Positions 46,523 to 55,431 of a stretch of 64,000 bases of DNA are shown piece after piece. The position numbers were made by a program, and so were the translations under genes. Numbering within the stretch: the first letter of the stretch is position 1; every line of letters starts with the position of its first letter. This DNA comes from a virus (taxonomy: Duplodnaviria > Caudoviricetes): the IMG/VR virus record IMGVR_UViG_649989997_000001, positions 1-64,000 of that record; one strand, 5' to 3'. The notes below the pieces were generated by a model. The model did no database searches. It worked only from the letters and a program-made list of their open reading frames with translations, and was not told the origin of the DNA.

Positions 46523-47297
46523 CTCCTTTCCGATGTCCGCTCTTGAATGCGCTGATGCCCGTGAGATTCTGCAGGAGAATCTTGCGCGACTCTTTGTAGG
46601 CGCTGCCGATCATGCCGAGGCGCAGGAGGAAGCAGCGGAAGGCGTACTTTTCGTTGTCCACAATCTTCTCCTTTGCCGTGACACGCTTCTGCGTCCGCGC
46701 CATCTCGCAGAGTTTGCTGATGAAGGCGGCATACGCCTTTGCCGTCTCGTCGGTGATCGTGCCGTGCAGCCATGTAAAGGTGATGCGCTCATCGGTCAGT
46801 GTGTAGGTCGCTTCTTGGATGTCGAAGGCGTGCCGAATCAAGCGCCCCTTGCTCAGAAGGAGTGCGTCCAGATTCTGCAGTGCCGTTTCGGTGAAAAGGC
46901 TGCGTGGGAGACTGATGGAAAGGCTGTCCTCGTCGATTTCTGCAATCGCTTCCTGGGTCGGAGCAGGTTCTGCCGCCGTTTCTACTGCGGGTGGTTCAGC
47001 CGCGACAGCTTTCGTCTGGATCGGCTCGTTTGCCGCTGTGGCCGCGCAGGAAGCCTCGTCCTCCCCATCCTCGGACATGAAGCCCTCCTCGCGCAGTGCT
47101 GTGCGCACACGCGCAAGTGTCGCTTCATCGGTGGCATCGTCAAAGCAAAGACATCCGTCCTTCGTGATCTCGAATGCACCGATCTTGTAGGAAAATGTCG
47201 GTGCGCCGCAGTAGACGGGCTTTTCGCCGACTGCCTTGCTGATGATCCCGACCATCGCCTTGCGCTCTTCCTTTTGGATGTTGTAATTGACCTTCAT
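46497..47297 (-). CDS. Phage 'virulence-related' protein
   Basis: Y.GAPTFSY, NEKYAFRCFLLRLGMIG. Confidence 0.75.
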   Translation of the reverse strand: MKVNYNIQKEERKAMVGIISKAVGEKPVYCGAPTFSYKIGAFEITKDGCLCFDDATDEATLARVRTALREEGFMSEDGEDEASCAATAANEPIQTKAVAAEPPAVETAAEPAPTQEAIAEIDEDSLSISLPRSLFTETALQNLDALLLSKGRLIRHAFDIQEATYTLTDERITFTWLHGTITDETAKAYAAFISKLCEMARTQKRVTAKEKIVDNEKYAFRCFLLRLGMIGSAYKESRKILLQNLTGISAFKSGHRKGDERHAVFE

Positions 47298-47414
47298 GGT
47301 GGTTTCCTCCTTTATGAACTTTGGTCACTACATACATGCCTCTGGTCGGAGTAATTAGCAAGCGGATTCTGTTGTATACACCAACTCTATCTCATCAAAT
47401 AGATCTTATGCCCA

Positions 47415-47705
47415 TCATTTCCCTGCCAAGGATACCGTCATGCGTTCGAGCATCTTGCCTGTCATCCAGATCGCCCCGTCGATGACAAGCGGCAGGAAGA
47501 TGCGGTCACGGAATCTGCACCATCCCGTCTCCTTCTCGGCACTCTCGCGAAGTGCCGCCGTATACGCCGCCGATACTTCACGGGCGGCGGGAAGCCCCTT
47601 TTCATGCAGCCAGAGAACGGTCGCTTCCTTCGCCTCCGTCCGTACAAAGTCCCCCACATGGTTCTTCAATTCGTTTTGAATGTATTCCAGTTTCATCTTC
47701 AACAC
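47415..47705 (-). CDS. Hypothetical phage protein (paralog of 182..472)
   Basis: Near-identical protein. Confidence 0.8.
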   Translation of the reverse strand: MLKMKLEYIQNELKNHVGDFVRTEAKEATVLWLHEKGLPAAREVSAAYTAALRESAEKETGWCRFRDRIFLPLVIDGAIWMTGKMLERMTVSLAGK

Positions 47706-48241
47706 TCTCCTTCATAGTCCGTTACCCCACGCGCAATGGCGCGGGCAAATTCATCCTGATGCGAACGCAGAAGCTCTGCATCGCCCGCATGGTCAATAAA
47801 CGCAAGCTCCACGAGCACAGCGACCGCATCGGTGTTGCTCAGAACATACAAGCCGTTGACACCGGGCTTTGCGCCCTTCACGCCGCGATCCACAGTTCCG
47901 AGTGCATCCACAATCTGGTTCTGGATGCACTGTGCCAGCTTCTCCCCTGCGCCGCTTTCGTAGAAGTGCCAGACCTCCGTCCCGTTCGCACTGCCGTTAC
48001 AAGCGTTGCAGTGAACAGAGATGAACACATCGGCATCCGCACGATTGGAAGCCGAGACAACTTCACGGAGGCTGTCGGATTGGAGACTCCCCACAACTTC
48101 GACTCCTGCGGCAGTAAGATAGCCCGCAACAAGATCTGCGACGTTCTTTGCCACATCGCATTCCCGCAGTCCAAAGCCACACGCGCCGGGGTCGGGATTT
48201 CCGTTAGGGGCGTGCCCCGGATTCAAAAACACACGCATCAC
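47699..48241 (-). CDS. N-acetylmuramoyl-L-alanine amidase
   Basis: Paralog of 466..1008. Confidence 0.92.
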   Translation of the reverse strand: MMRVFLNPGHAPNGNPDPGACGFGLRECDVAKNVADLVAGYLTAAGVEVVGSLQSDSLREVVSASNRADADVFISVHCNACNGSANGTEVWHFYESGAGEKLAQCIQNQIVDALGTVDRGVKGAKPGVNGLYVLSNTDAVAVLVELAFIDHAGDAELLRSHQDEFARAIARGVTDYEGEC

Positions 48242-49418
48242 GATTCCTCCTTTGGTTTCGGCACATCTTTGTAAGAGATGCGCTTACCGTCACGTTCCAA
48301 AAACACATCTTCGGCATTGCCGTCCTTGCTCTGGATGTACCGTTCGACCGCCACATCCACGAACTTCGGCTCAAGTTCCACACCATAGCAGATACGCCCC
48401 AGCTGGTCGCACGCAATCAGGGTCGATGCCGAGCCGAGGAATCCGTCGAGAACGATACCATTCGTCTGCGTACACTGCTTAATGAGATATGCGATGAGCG
48501 GCACGGGCTTCGAGGATGGGTGACCGCAGCCGTCCTTCTTCGAGTCCTTGATACGGTCGAATGCAAAGACAGTGGTCTGCTTCTGATCGCCGTACCATCT
48601 GTGCCGCCCGTCCTTCCGCCAGCCCCAGATGATCGGCTCGTGGATATACTTCCAGTCCGTGCGCGTAAGAACCAGTCGGTCTTTCTTCCAAACCAAGCCC
48701 GCGCCAACTTTAAAGCCCGCATCTTCATAAGCGTCATGAAAGATGCGGGCTTTTGCTGTTGCGTAAAATACATAGATGGAAGCGTCTGTCGCCATTGCCG
48801 AGTGGAAGGCGGTAAAGGCAGATTTGAGGAACTCGTAGGCGTCCTTGTCATTCAGATCGTCGTTCTTTATTTTCCCCGATGTGCTTTCAAGCTGGATCAT
48901 GTATGGGGGATCCGTGCAGACGAGATTTACCTTTTCCTCGCCGAGCAGCCGCTCGTATGTCTCCGGCAGTGTGGAGTCTCCACAGATCACACGGTGCTTG
49001 CCGAGATGCCATACATCTCCTGTTTTGGCGACACATGGCTTTTGCAGTTCTGCGTCCACATCGAAGTCCATGCCTTGCGGGGCTTCCATCTCAACGCGCA
49101 GCATATCTTCGTCCCATCCCGCATCGAGTGCGAAACGGTTGTCTGCGAGAATGTACGCCTTCTTCTGCGCCTCCGTGAGGTAATCCACGAATACGCACGG
49201 AACTTGCTCGATGTTCTCCTCCTTCGCGGCGAGGATTCTGCCATGTCCCGCTATGCGTTGAACTCCCGGCCGATGATGACGGGATTCACAAAGCCGAACT
49301 CCCGCAAAGACGAACGCAGCTTGGTAATCTGCTCCTTCGAGTGGGTGCGGGCGTTATTCACATAAGGGATGATCTTTCCGATGGAGACAAGCTGCATTTC
49401 AGATGTCATTTTTCCCAA
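48238..49418 (-). pseudogene. ParB-MTase with frameshift and 84-bp in-frame deletion
   Basis: Frame breaks at ~49255 just before AGHGR; 28 aa missing between DFD repeats relative to 1005..2270. Confidence 0.85.
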
Positions 49419-49520
49419 GATCTACACCTCCTGAAATTTTGAGACAAACAGGAATAGAGCCATACTGCAAAGAATAATTCACTTCATGAGATTATGAAGT
49501 AGGTGGATGGAGGTCATACG

Positions 49521-49904
49521 ATGAAGATTGAGCACATCGCAATGTACGTGAATGATCTGGAGGCAGCCAAGGATTTTTTCGTAAAATATCTAAACGGCAA
49601 TGCCAATGACGGCTACCACAATAAAAATACAGGTTTCCGCTCTTATTTCATCTCTTTTGAGGATGGTGCGAGACTGGAACTTATGAAGAAGCCCGAAATG
49701 ACAGATGACAAGAAGTCCCTCACCAGAACAGGCTTTATCCATATAGCTTTCAGCGTCGGCAGCAAAGAAGCGGTTGATTCCCTTACGGCTCGTATGAAAG
49801 GCGACGGCCACAAGATCATCAGCGGACCTCGTACCACTGGAGATGGATATTACGAGAGCTGCGTCATCGGGATTGAGGACAATCAAATTGAGATAACGGT
49901 ATAA
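49521..49904 (+). CDS. VOC/glyoxalase family protein
   Basis: [29 protein letters not shown]. Confidence 0.9.
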   Translation: MKIEHIAMYVNDLEAAKDFFVKYLNGNANDGYHNKNTGFRSYFISFEDGARLELMKKPEMTDDKKSLTRTGFIHIAFSVGSKEAVDSLTARMKGDGHKIISGPRTTGDGYYESCVIGIEDNQIEITV

Positions 49905-49975
49905 GACAAGAAGCGAGAGCTGCTATGCTTTCTCAACGATGATATAGACTGTAGGCGACAGTGAAAGGAAACGCC

Positions 49976-50359
49976 ATGAACATCTCTCTCCTCGACCATT
50001 TTGTTCTGACCACCGAGCATCCGAAAGAGTGTCTGCGCTTTTACACGGAGATTCTCGGGATGGAGTTGCGCCAAGAGAACGGACGCTATGCCTTTTTCTT
50101 TGGAGCCTCAAAGATCAACATTCATCTGCGCCCCGCAGAATTCCTCCCTGCAGCAGCACATCCATGCACGGGGGCTCTTGATCTCTGCTTCGTCGTAGAT
50201 GAGCCCATCGAAGTTATCATGCAAGAGCTTCATGCAAAGGAGATCATTCCGGAAACCGGTATTGTAGAGCGTCACGGTGCACGTGGTTCCATGCGGAGCA
50301 TCTACCTGCGCGCCCCCGATGGGAATCTGGTTGAGCTGTGTAGCTATACGGAGAAATAG
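49976..50359 (+). CDS. VOC family protein
   Basis: LDHFVLT, KINIH, DLCF, SIYLR.PDGNLVEL. Confidence 0.88.
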   Translation: MNISLLDHFVLTTEHPKECLRFYTEILGMELRQENGRYAFFFGASKINIHLRPAEFLPAAAHPCTGALDLCFVVDEPIEVIMQELHAKEIIPETGIVERHGARGSMRSIYLRAPDGNLVELCSYTEK

Positions 50360-50426
50360 TACCGATTCCTGCTTCTTGTCTATTTGAGTCACTCCTCGGC
50401 TATGTCACGCCCCGTCATCATCCTTC

Positions 50427-50987
50427 TTACTTCCTCGAACGCAGCAGCCGCTCCATCCGATCCTCCTGCGGAGAGCCGCTGAATGTCGTGGTGCAGTTTT
50501 GCTTTACGATGTCGAAAATTTCATACCAAAGCAGATTGGACTGCTTCTGAAACACCTGTCCCATCTGGACGAAGGGGCTTGCAATCGCGCCGCCTGTGGT
50601 CGGATGCTTGCCGATGAGCCCGTATTGACTCATTGCCTCCTCGCACTGGATGAAGCGGGCAAATGCCTGCGCGTAGCTTTCAATCAGGCGTGGATTCACG
50701 AGGCGCTCACAGCCGCGCTCCTTCAGCCACAGCCACGTCTCGCGGAAAATTTCATCTGCGCCGAGCGGCTTTCCATTCCGCTGCCTTGCAGATAGGAACT
50801 CGCTCGGCGTTGGCATCTCCTCACCATAGAGCTCGGCGGCATCCACAAGGTCTGTGCCGTCCAGTTCCGTCATGGGGAACTCCATGATGTGTGCTGTGCG
50901 CCCACCCGCAATTTTATCTGCCAGTGCTTCGGGTTTGTCTCCCGCCCGGATGCGCCGCCCGCCGCGATTTGTACCGTCACGCGCCAT
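50427..50987 (-). CDS. Terminase small subunit
   Basis: Paralog of 2284..2844. Confidence 0.85.
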   Translation of the reverse strand: MARDGTNRGGRRIRAGDKPEALADKIAGGRTAHIMEFPMTELDGTDLVDAAELYGEEMPTPSEFLSARQRNGKPLGADEIFRETWLWLKERGCERLVNPRLIESYAQAFARFIQCEEAMSQYGLIGKHPTTGGAIASPFVQMGQVFQKQSNLLWYEIFDIVKQNCTTTFSGSPQEDRMERLLRSRK

Positions 50988-51159
50988 CTTCCCGCCCCCA
51001 TTCTTTAATACCCCGTTTGAACCGACGTTTTTGTGCGTGCGTCCCCTCCCCGGTCCAGTAATGGCGCGGCTTTAGAGATTTGACCGCCCCCTAGGGGGTA
51101 AGTTCGTGTTGCATTTGCTTCACTTTCGCGTTACAATAAACAAAAGGAGGTTATGCCCC

Positions 51160-51453
51160 ATGTCCAAAACTGCAACAATCAATATGCGCATCGAACCGAC
51201 AATCAAAGCGCAGGCTGAAACTGTTTTTTCCAGTTTCGGCATCTCCGTGACTGACGCAATCAACATCTTTCTGCATGCATCCATCATGGAGGGAGGCTTC
51301 CCCTTCCAACCGAAACAGCCCCGTTATAACAGGGAAACGCTTCTTGCCATGCAGGAAGCACGCGACATCATGGATGGCAAAATCGAGCCGAAGCGTTATC
51401 CGTCGCTGTCCGCACTGATGGATGATCTGGATGCGGAGGACGCTCATGCTTGA
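51160..51453 (+). CDS. dinJ: RelB/DinJ antitoxin
   Basis: Protein identical to 3015..3308. Confidence 0.9.
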   Translation: MSKTATINMRIEPTIKAQAETVFSSFGISVTDAINIFLHASIMEGGFPFQPKQPRYNRETLLAMQEARDIMDGKIEPKRYPSLSALMDDLDAEDAHA

Positions 51454-51718
51454 TCTCGTCACCACCACGCAGTTCCGCAAGGATTTAAAGAAGCTGCGTA
51501 AACGTGGAGCAGATATGCAAAAGCTGGATGATGTCCTACAAATGCTCTGCGCGGAAAAACAACTCCCCGAAAGGTATCGGGATCATGCTCTGGTTGGCGA
51601 TTACATTGGTTTTCGTGAATGCCACATCATGCCGGACTGGTTACTTGTGTACGCCATCGACAAAGGGAAACTGATTCTGACCGCTTCTCGCACGGGCTCG
51701 CATAGCGATCTCTTCTAG
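51446..51718 (+). CDS. yafQ: YafQ toxin
   Basis: 3 substitutions relative to 3301..3573. Confidence 0.93.
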   Translation: MLDLVTTTQFRKDLKKLRKRGADMQKLDDVLQMLCAEKQLPERYRDHALVGDYIGFRECHIMPDWLLVYAIDKGKLILTASRTGSHSDLF

Positions 51719-51740
51719 CCGATTCATTGGAGTCGGCTTT

Positions 51741-52094
51741 TTATTTTGGTACTTTCCGTTGATGAATCCGCTCATGACACGATACGCAGAGCGACATCAA
51801 ATTACTCTCCTCATGTGTGCCGCCGTCAGCAAGAGGTCTGATATGATGGACGAGCGTCGCAAGGACATATCTGCCTTGCTCTTTGCACATCTCACAGAGC
51901 GGATGCCCCGCCAAATGACGATCTCGAATCCTGCGCCATACGCTGCCATACCTCTCGTGCTGATCGTACCCACGCGTGAAGTGGTCATAGTGTCGCTGCA
52001 TCATTTTCTCGTGCTCCTCGCAGTAGCAGCTCTTTCGGTCTGTAAGATTCGGACAGCCTGTCATGCGGCAGGGTCGCTTCGGCTTTCTTGGCAT
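51741..52094 (-). CDS. HNH endonuclease
   Basis: Paralog of 3596..3949. Confidence 0.92.
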   Translation of the reverse strand: MPRKPKRPCRMTGCPNLTDRKSCYCEEHEKMMQRHYDHFTRGYDQHERYGSVWRRIRDRHLAGHPLCEMCKEQGRYVLATLVHHIRPLADGGTHEESNLMSLCVSCHERIHQRKVPK

Positions 52095-52175
52095 CACGTT
52101 TCTCCATCAAAAAAACCCTCACGGAGAATTACTTCTCCGAGAAGGCTGATTCCATATCCTATTCTTGCTGAGTCT

Positions 52176-52233
52176 ATCATATCACTGTCAACCCTATGAA
52201 CGCAACGTGAACCTTTGTGAACTTATGTGAACT
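52176..52233 (-). promoter_or_regulatory. Late promoter with 4 direct repeats (TGAAC on + strand)
   Basis: TGnTATGAT -10; repeats at 52197, 52208, 52218, 52228. Confidence 0.7.
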
Positions 52234-52663
52234 CAGACGCACTTTGCTGTCTTTTTTCCAAAATTTTTTCAACATCATCCAGAGCCTTGGCATGAATCTT
52301 ATGCACCCACCGAATGCTGACGCGCATATCTGCCGCAATATCTTCCCACGATTTGAAACGGTGGTAGCGACGCTCTAGCACCATCTGAGCGTTTTCGTCC
52401 GTGACCTGCCAGATCGTATTCATGATCTCGAGTTTCAGACTGATCAGACGGTCGATGTCTGCATTGATCTCATCTTCCGTGTCGGTGAGCCGCGCAATGA
52501 TGGTCTCCATCCGCTGATTGTTTGGACTCGGACTCTTTGGCATGTCGCTGATGACGGCGCTCACATTTGTTGCCATGTCACGCAGCCGCGACACATGGGC
52601 GACCTTATCATTGATGCGCCGATCAATGTTCCATGCCTGACTCAGATATTCTTTCGCTGTCAT
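52223..52663 (-). CDS. DUF1492/RinA-like late activator
   Basis: MTAKEYLSQA; C-terminal HTH SWEDIAADM. Confidence 0.78.
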   Translation of the reverse strand: MTAKEYLSQAWNIDRRINDKVAHVSRLRDMATNVSAVISDMPKSPSPNNQRMETIIARLTDTEDEINADIDRLISLKLEIMNTIWQVTDENAQMVLERRYHRFKSWEDIAADMRVSIRWVHKIHAKALDDVEKILEKRQQSASEFT

Positions 52664-52872
52664 GCAAATTCCCCCTCCAACTTCTCAAGCAGCCACTCTC
52701 CGTCTATGCTCGTCAACTGACCAAACCATGCGGAACGGAAGAACCGCTCCGTCTCGGAGCGCATCGCTGCCGCTGCAACATTTTCCTCGTCTTTTCCGAG
52801 AGCCGATCTCGCCCACCGATAATCCTTTGCCGCCTGTTCGACGATGGCGTTTGCCAGAATCTCATAGTTCAT
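52660..52872 (-). CDS. Hypothetical phage protein
   Basis: LANAIVEQAAKDY..FFRS.W; coupled ATGA overlaps. Confidence 0.8.
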   Translation of the reverse strand: MNYEILANAIVEQAAKDYRWARSALGKDEENVAAAAMRSETERFFRSAWFGQLTSIDGEWLLEKLEGEFA

Positions 52873-54212
52873 GATGTTACCTCCGCTTTGACGGCTTCAA
52901 TCAGTGCCGCCTGTGTCTTGTCCTTCCGTTTCAAGGCACGGAGGATTCTCTCGTCAATCGTGCCCTCGGCAATGATGTGTTGCACCACCACTGTTTTCGC
53001 TGTCTGCCCCTGCCGATAGAGCCGCGCCACGGTCTGTTGGTAGAGTTCCAAACTCCAAGTGATACCAAACCACACCAAGGTCGAGCCGCCGCTCTGAAGG
53101 TTCAGTCCGTGACCTGCGCTCGCCGGATGGATCAGGGCGACGGAGATTTCTCCACGATTCCAACGGGCGATTGCGTCATCTGTATCCAGTCGCACACACG
53201 TCACACGCTTTTCGATGCGCTCCGCATCATGCCTGAACCAATACGCCACGAGAAGCGGCTTGCCGTTCATGCTCTCGACGAAGTCCTCCAAGGCATCGAG
53301 TTTGCGGTCGTGGATATGCAGTGTAGTCCCATCGTCAGTGTAAACCGCACCATTCGCCATCTGGGCGAGTTTCCCGGACAGGACTCCGGCATTTGCCGCC
53401 GTCACCTCATCGCCCTTCATCTGCAAAACCAACTGATCGCACATCTCGGTGTATATCTTCTTCTCAGCCTCATTCATGCGGACGCTGTATTCGCTCTCTA
53501 TCAGCTCTGGCATCCCCAGATGGTCTGCGGCTTTCATGGAGATGGTGATGTCGGAGATTTTCTCGTAAATCCGCTCCTCGGCTCCGGGCAACGGTGCATA
53601 GGAGAACACCACCTGCCCGTTGCGCTTGTCTGGCATGAAGTAATCCTGCCGATACTTCGTGATGAATCTCCCCAGACGCTGTCCCATGTCGAGTACCTTG
53701 AACTCCGCGAACAAGTCCATCAAGCCGTTGCCGGATGGCGTTCCCGTCAGTCCGATGACTCTCTTTGCCAAGGGGCGAACCTTCATAAGTGCCTTGAATC
53801 GCTTGCTGCTCCAATTCTTGAACGAGGAGAGTTCGTCAATCACGATGGCATCGTAGACGAAGTCTGTTTTCTCCACGAGCCACGGAACATTCTCCCGGTT
53901 GATGATGTAGAGAGAGGCTTGCTTGCGGAGTGCCTCCCGACGTTCTTTCTCCGTTCCGACTACTACGGAATAGCGGAGGTGCTTCAAATGTTCCCACTTG
54001 CTGATCTCCTGCGGCCATGTATTCCGCGCCACACGAAGCGGCGCGATAACGAGGACACGGGAAATCTCGAATCGGTCAAACAGCAGGTCGTTGAGGGCCG
54101 TGAGAGTAATCACCGTTTTTCCAAGTCCCATATCCAGGAGTACGGCGGCAGTTTTATGGCTTTCGATAAAGTCGATGGCGTACTGTTGGTAATCATGCGG
54201 TATGAACTTCAC
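52869..54212 (-). CDS. SNF2-family helicase
   Basis: DMGLGKT, DELS, LTGTP, AGHGLNLQ, RQGQ. Confidence 0.92.
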   Translation of the reverse strand: MKFIPHDYQQYAIDFIESHKTAAVLLDMGLGKTVITLTALNDLLFDRFEISRVLVIAPLRVARNTWPQEISKWEHLKHLRYSVVVGTEKERREALRKQASLYIINRENVPWLVEKTDFVYDAIVIDELSSFKNWSSKRFKALMKVRPLAKRVIGLTGTPSGNGLMDLFAEFKVLDMGQRLGRFITKYRQDYFMPDKRNGQVVFSYAPLPGAEERIYEKISDITISMKAADHLGMPELIESEYSVRMNEAEKKIYTEMCDQLVLQMKGDEVTAANAGVLSGKLAQMANGAVYTDDGTTLHIHDRKLDALEDFVESMNGKPLLVAYWFRHDAERIEKRVTCVRLDTDDAIARWNRGEISVALIHPASAGHGLNLQSGGSTLVWFGITWSLELYQQTVARLYRQGQTAKTVVVQHIIAEGTIDERILRALKRKDKTQAALIEAVKAEVTS

Positions 54213-54249
54213 GGGGCATCACCTCCGATCTGTAAAATCAACTTTTCCA

Positions 54250-54927
54250 TTACCGAAACACTTCCTGCAGCACATCCACATGATAGGTATTCACCATGCC
54301 GTATTTGGCATCGTACTCCTTGCCGATGTGGTAGCCCTGCTTTCTGGACATTGCCGAGGCTTTGCGTCCGAGTCTTGCGGCGGCATCCCGACTCACTCCA
54401 CGAACTCCCCTGAGATTGGCATAGCCGATGATGGTGTAGTGGTGCTCATCGATGGTCATCTGCTTGGACTCGACCTCAAGAAGCCGCTCGTCCACCTTGT
54501 CAATCCGTGCATTTGCCGCCTTGATTGCCTTTGCCTGCTCCACCATTCGCTGTGCACTGTATAGCAGAAATTCCTCGGGCGTCATGTTCCTCATAGGGTT
54601 GAAGTAGCTTTCTTCCAGCTCATCAAAAACATCCCATGCCCGCTCGGTTCCCAGCATCTTGCTGTGGCGCGCCGCGCCTTGTTTCGTCCAAAGAATCAGA
54701 GACGGTGCGCGACTCCCGACAACTGACTCGATATTTTCGAGTGAGTCCTTGAAAGCCTTGAGATCAGCACCTTCAAGTTTGAAGTAATGCTTCCCCTCAA
54801 CGAATCGCGCCCTGTTGTTCTTAAAATTCTGCTGGATATGAATTGCCTTACAGCCATACGCCTCGGCAAGCTGATCCGTGGTCATGACACGAATGCTGTT
54901 GTGTTCCAATACCGTAAGTTCATTCAT
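54250..54927 (-). CDS. ORF6N-domain antirepressor-like protein
   Basis: RVMTT.QLAEAY, N..RF.EGKHYF.L, LWT..GAARH.K. Confidence 0.8.
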   Translation of the reverse strand: MNELTVLEHNSIRVMTTDQLAEAYGCKAIHIQQNFKNNRARFVEGKHYFKLEGADLKAFKDSLENIESVVGSRAPSLILWTKQGAARHSKMLGTERAWDVFDELEESYFNPMRNMTPEEFLLYSAQRMVEQAKAIKAANARIDKVDERLLEVESKQMTIDEHHYTIIGYANLRGVRGVSRDAAARLGRKASAMSRKQGYHIGKEYDAKYGMVNTYHVDVLQEVFR

Positions 54928-55219
54928 GGTCGATTTCCTCCAATACGCTGTCAATCTGCTCGATTCCGTCAATCACATACACCTTGAATCCAAGCCGTCG
55001 GAGTAGCCTATGACGGGCGAGCTGCAAGGCTCTCGGCTTCTTCCCCGGTGTTTTCAGTTCCACAAAGCCCATTCTGCCGCCGGGCAAAAGCACCAGTCGG
55101 TCGGGCATTCCATCGAATCCCGGCGAGGTGAACTTCGGAGCGATACCGCCCATTGCTTTGACTCTTGCTGCAAGTTTCTGCTCAATCGTCCGTTCGTACA
55201 ACTTTTCCTCCTGTAACAT
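54920..55219 (-). CDS. VRR-NUC nuclease
   Basis: GMPDRLVL..FVELK.PG.KPR.LQ. Confidence 0.88.
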   Translation of the reverse strand: MLQEEKLYERTIEQKLAARVKAMGGIAPKFTSPGFDGMPDRLVLLPGGRMGFVELKTPGKKPRALQLARHRLLRRLGFKVYVIDGIEQIDSVLEEIDHE

Positions 55220-55431
55220 GAGGTTGTATCACCTCTAAAGCCAGTCATATCAACGGATTCACGTTGTTTCTTGTTACAAGGCTACAGAAAATCCCTATAT
55301 ACGCATATATGCGCGTATTCGCGTTTTTCATGTACGGAATTATTATGTTTCTATTTACATATATAAATCTTGTAACTTGTAACAAAGCCTTATGGTACGG
55401 GCTTTGCTGCAAGTTACAACTTCCGTACAAG

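Larger units (their letters stand above)
47234..52185. repeat. Second copy of the packaging/lysis module (with VOC insertion)
   Basis: Homologous to 1..4050. Confidence 0.93.

Noticed and set aside
52977-54413. 478-aa plus-strand ORF (and similar ones at 10027, 32127, 41837, 43943, 46080)
   Set aside because: Shadows of well-supported minus-strand genes, expected at this GC content
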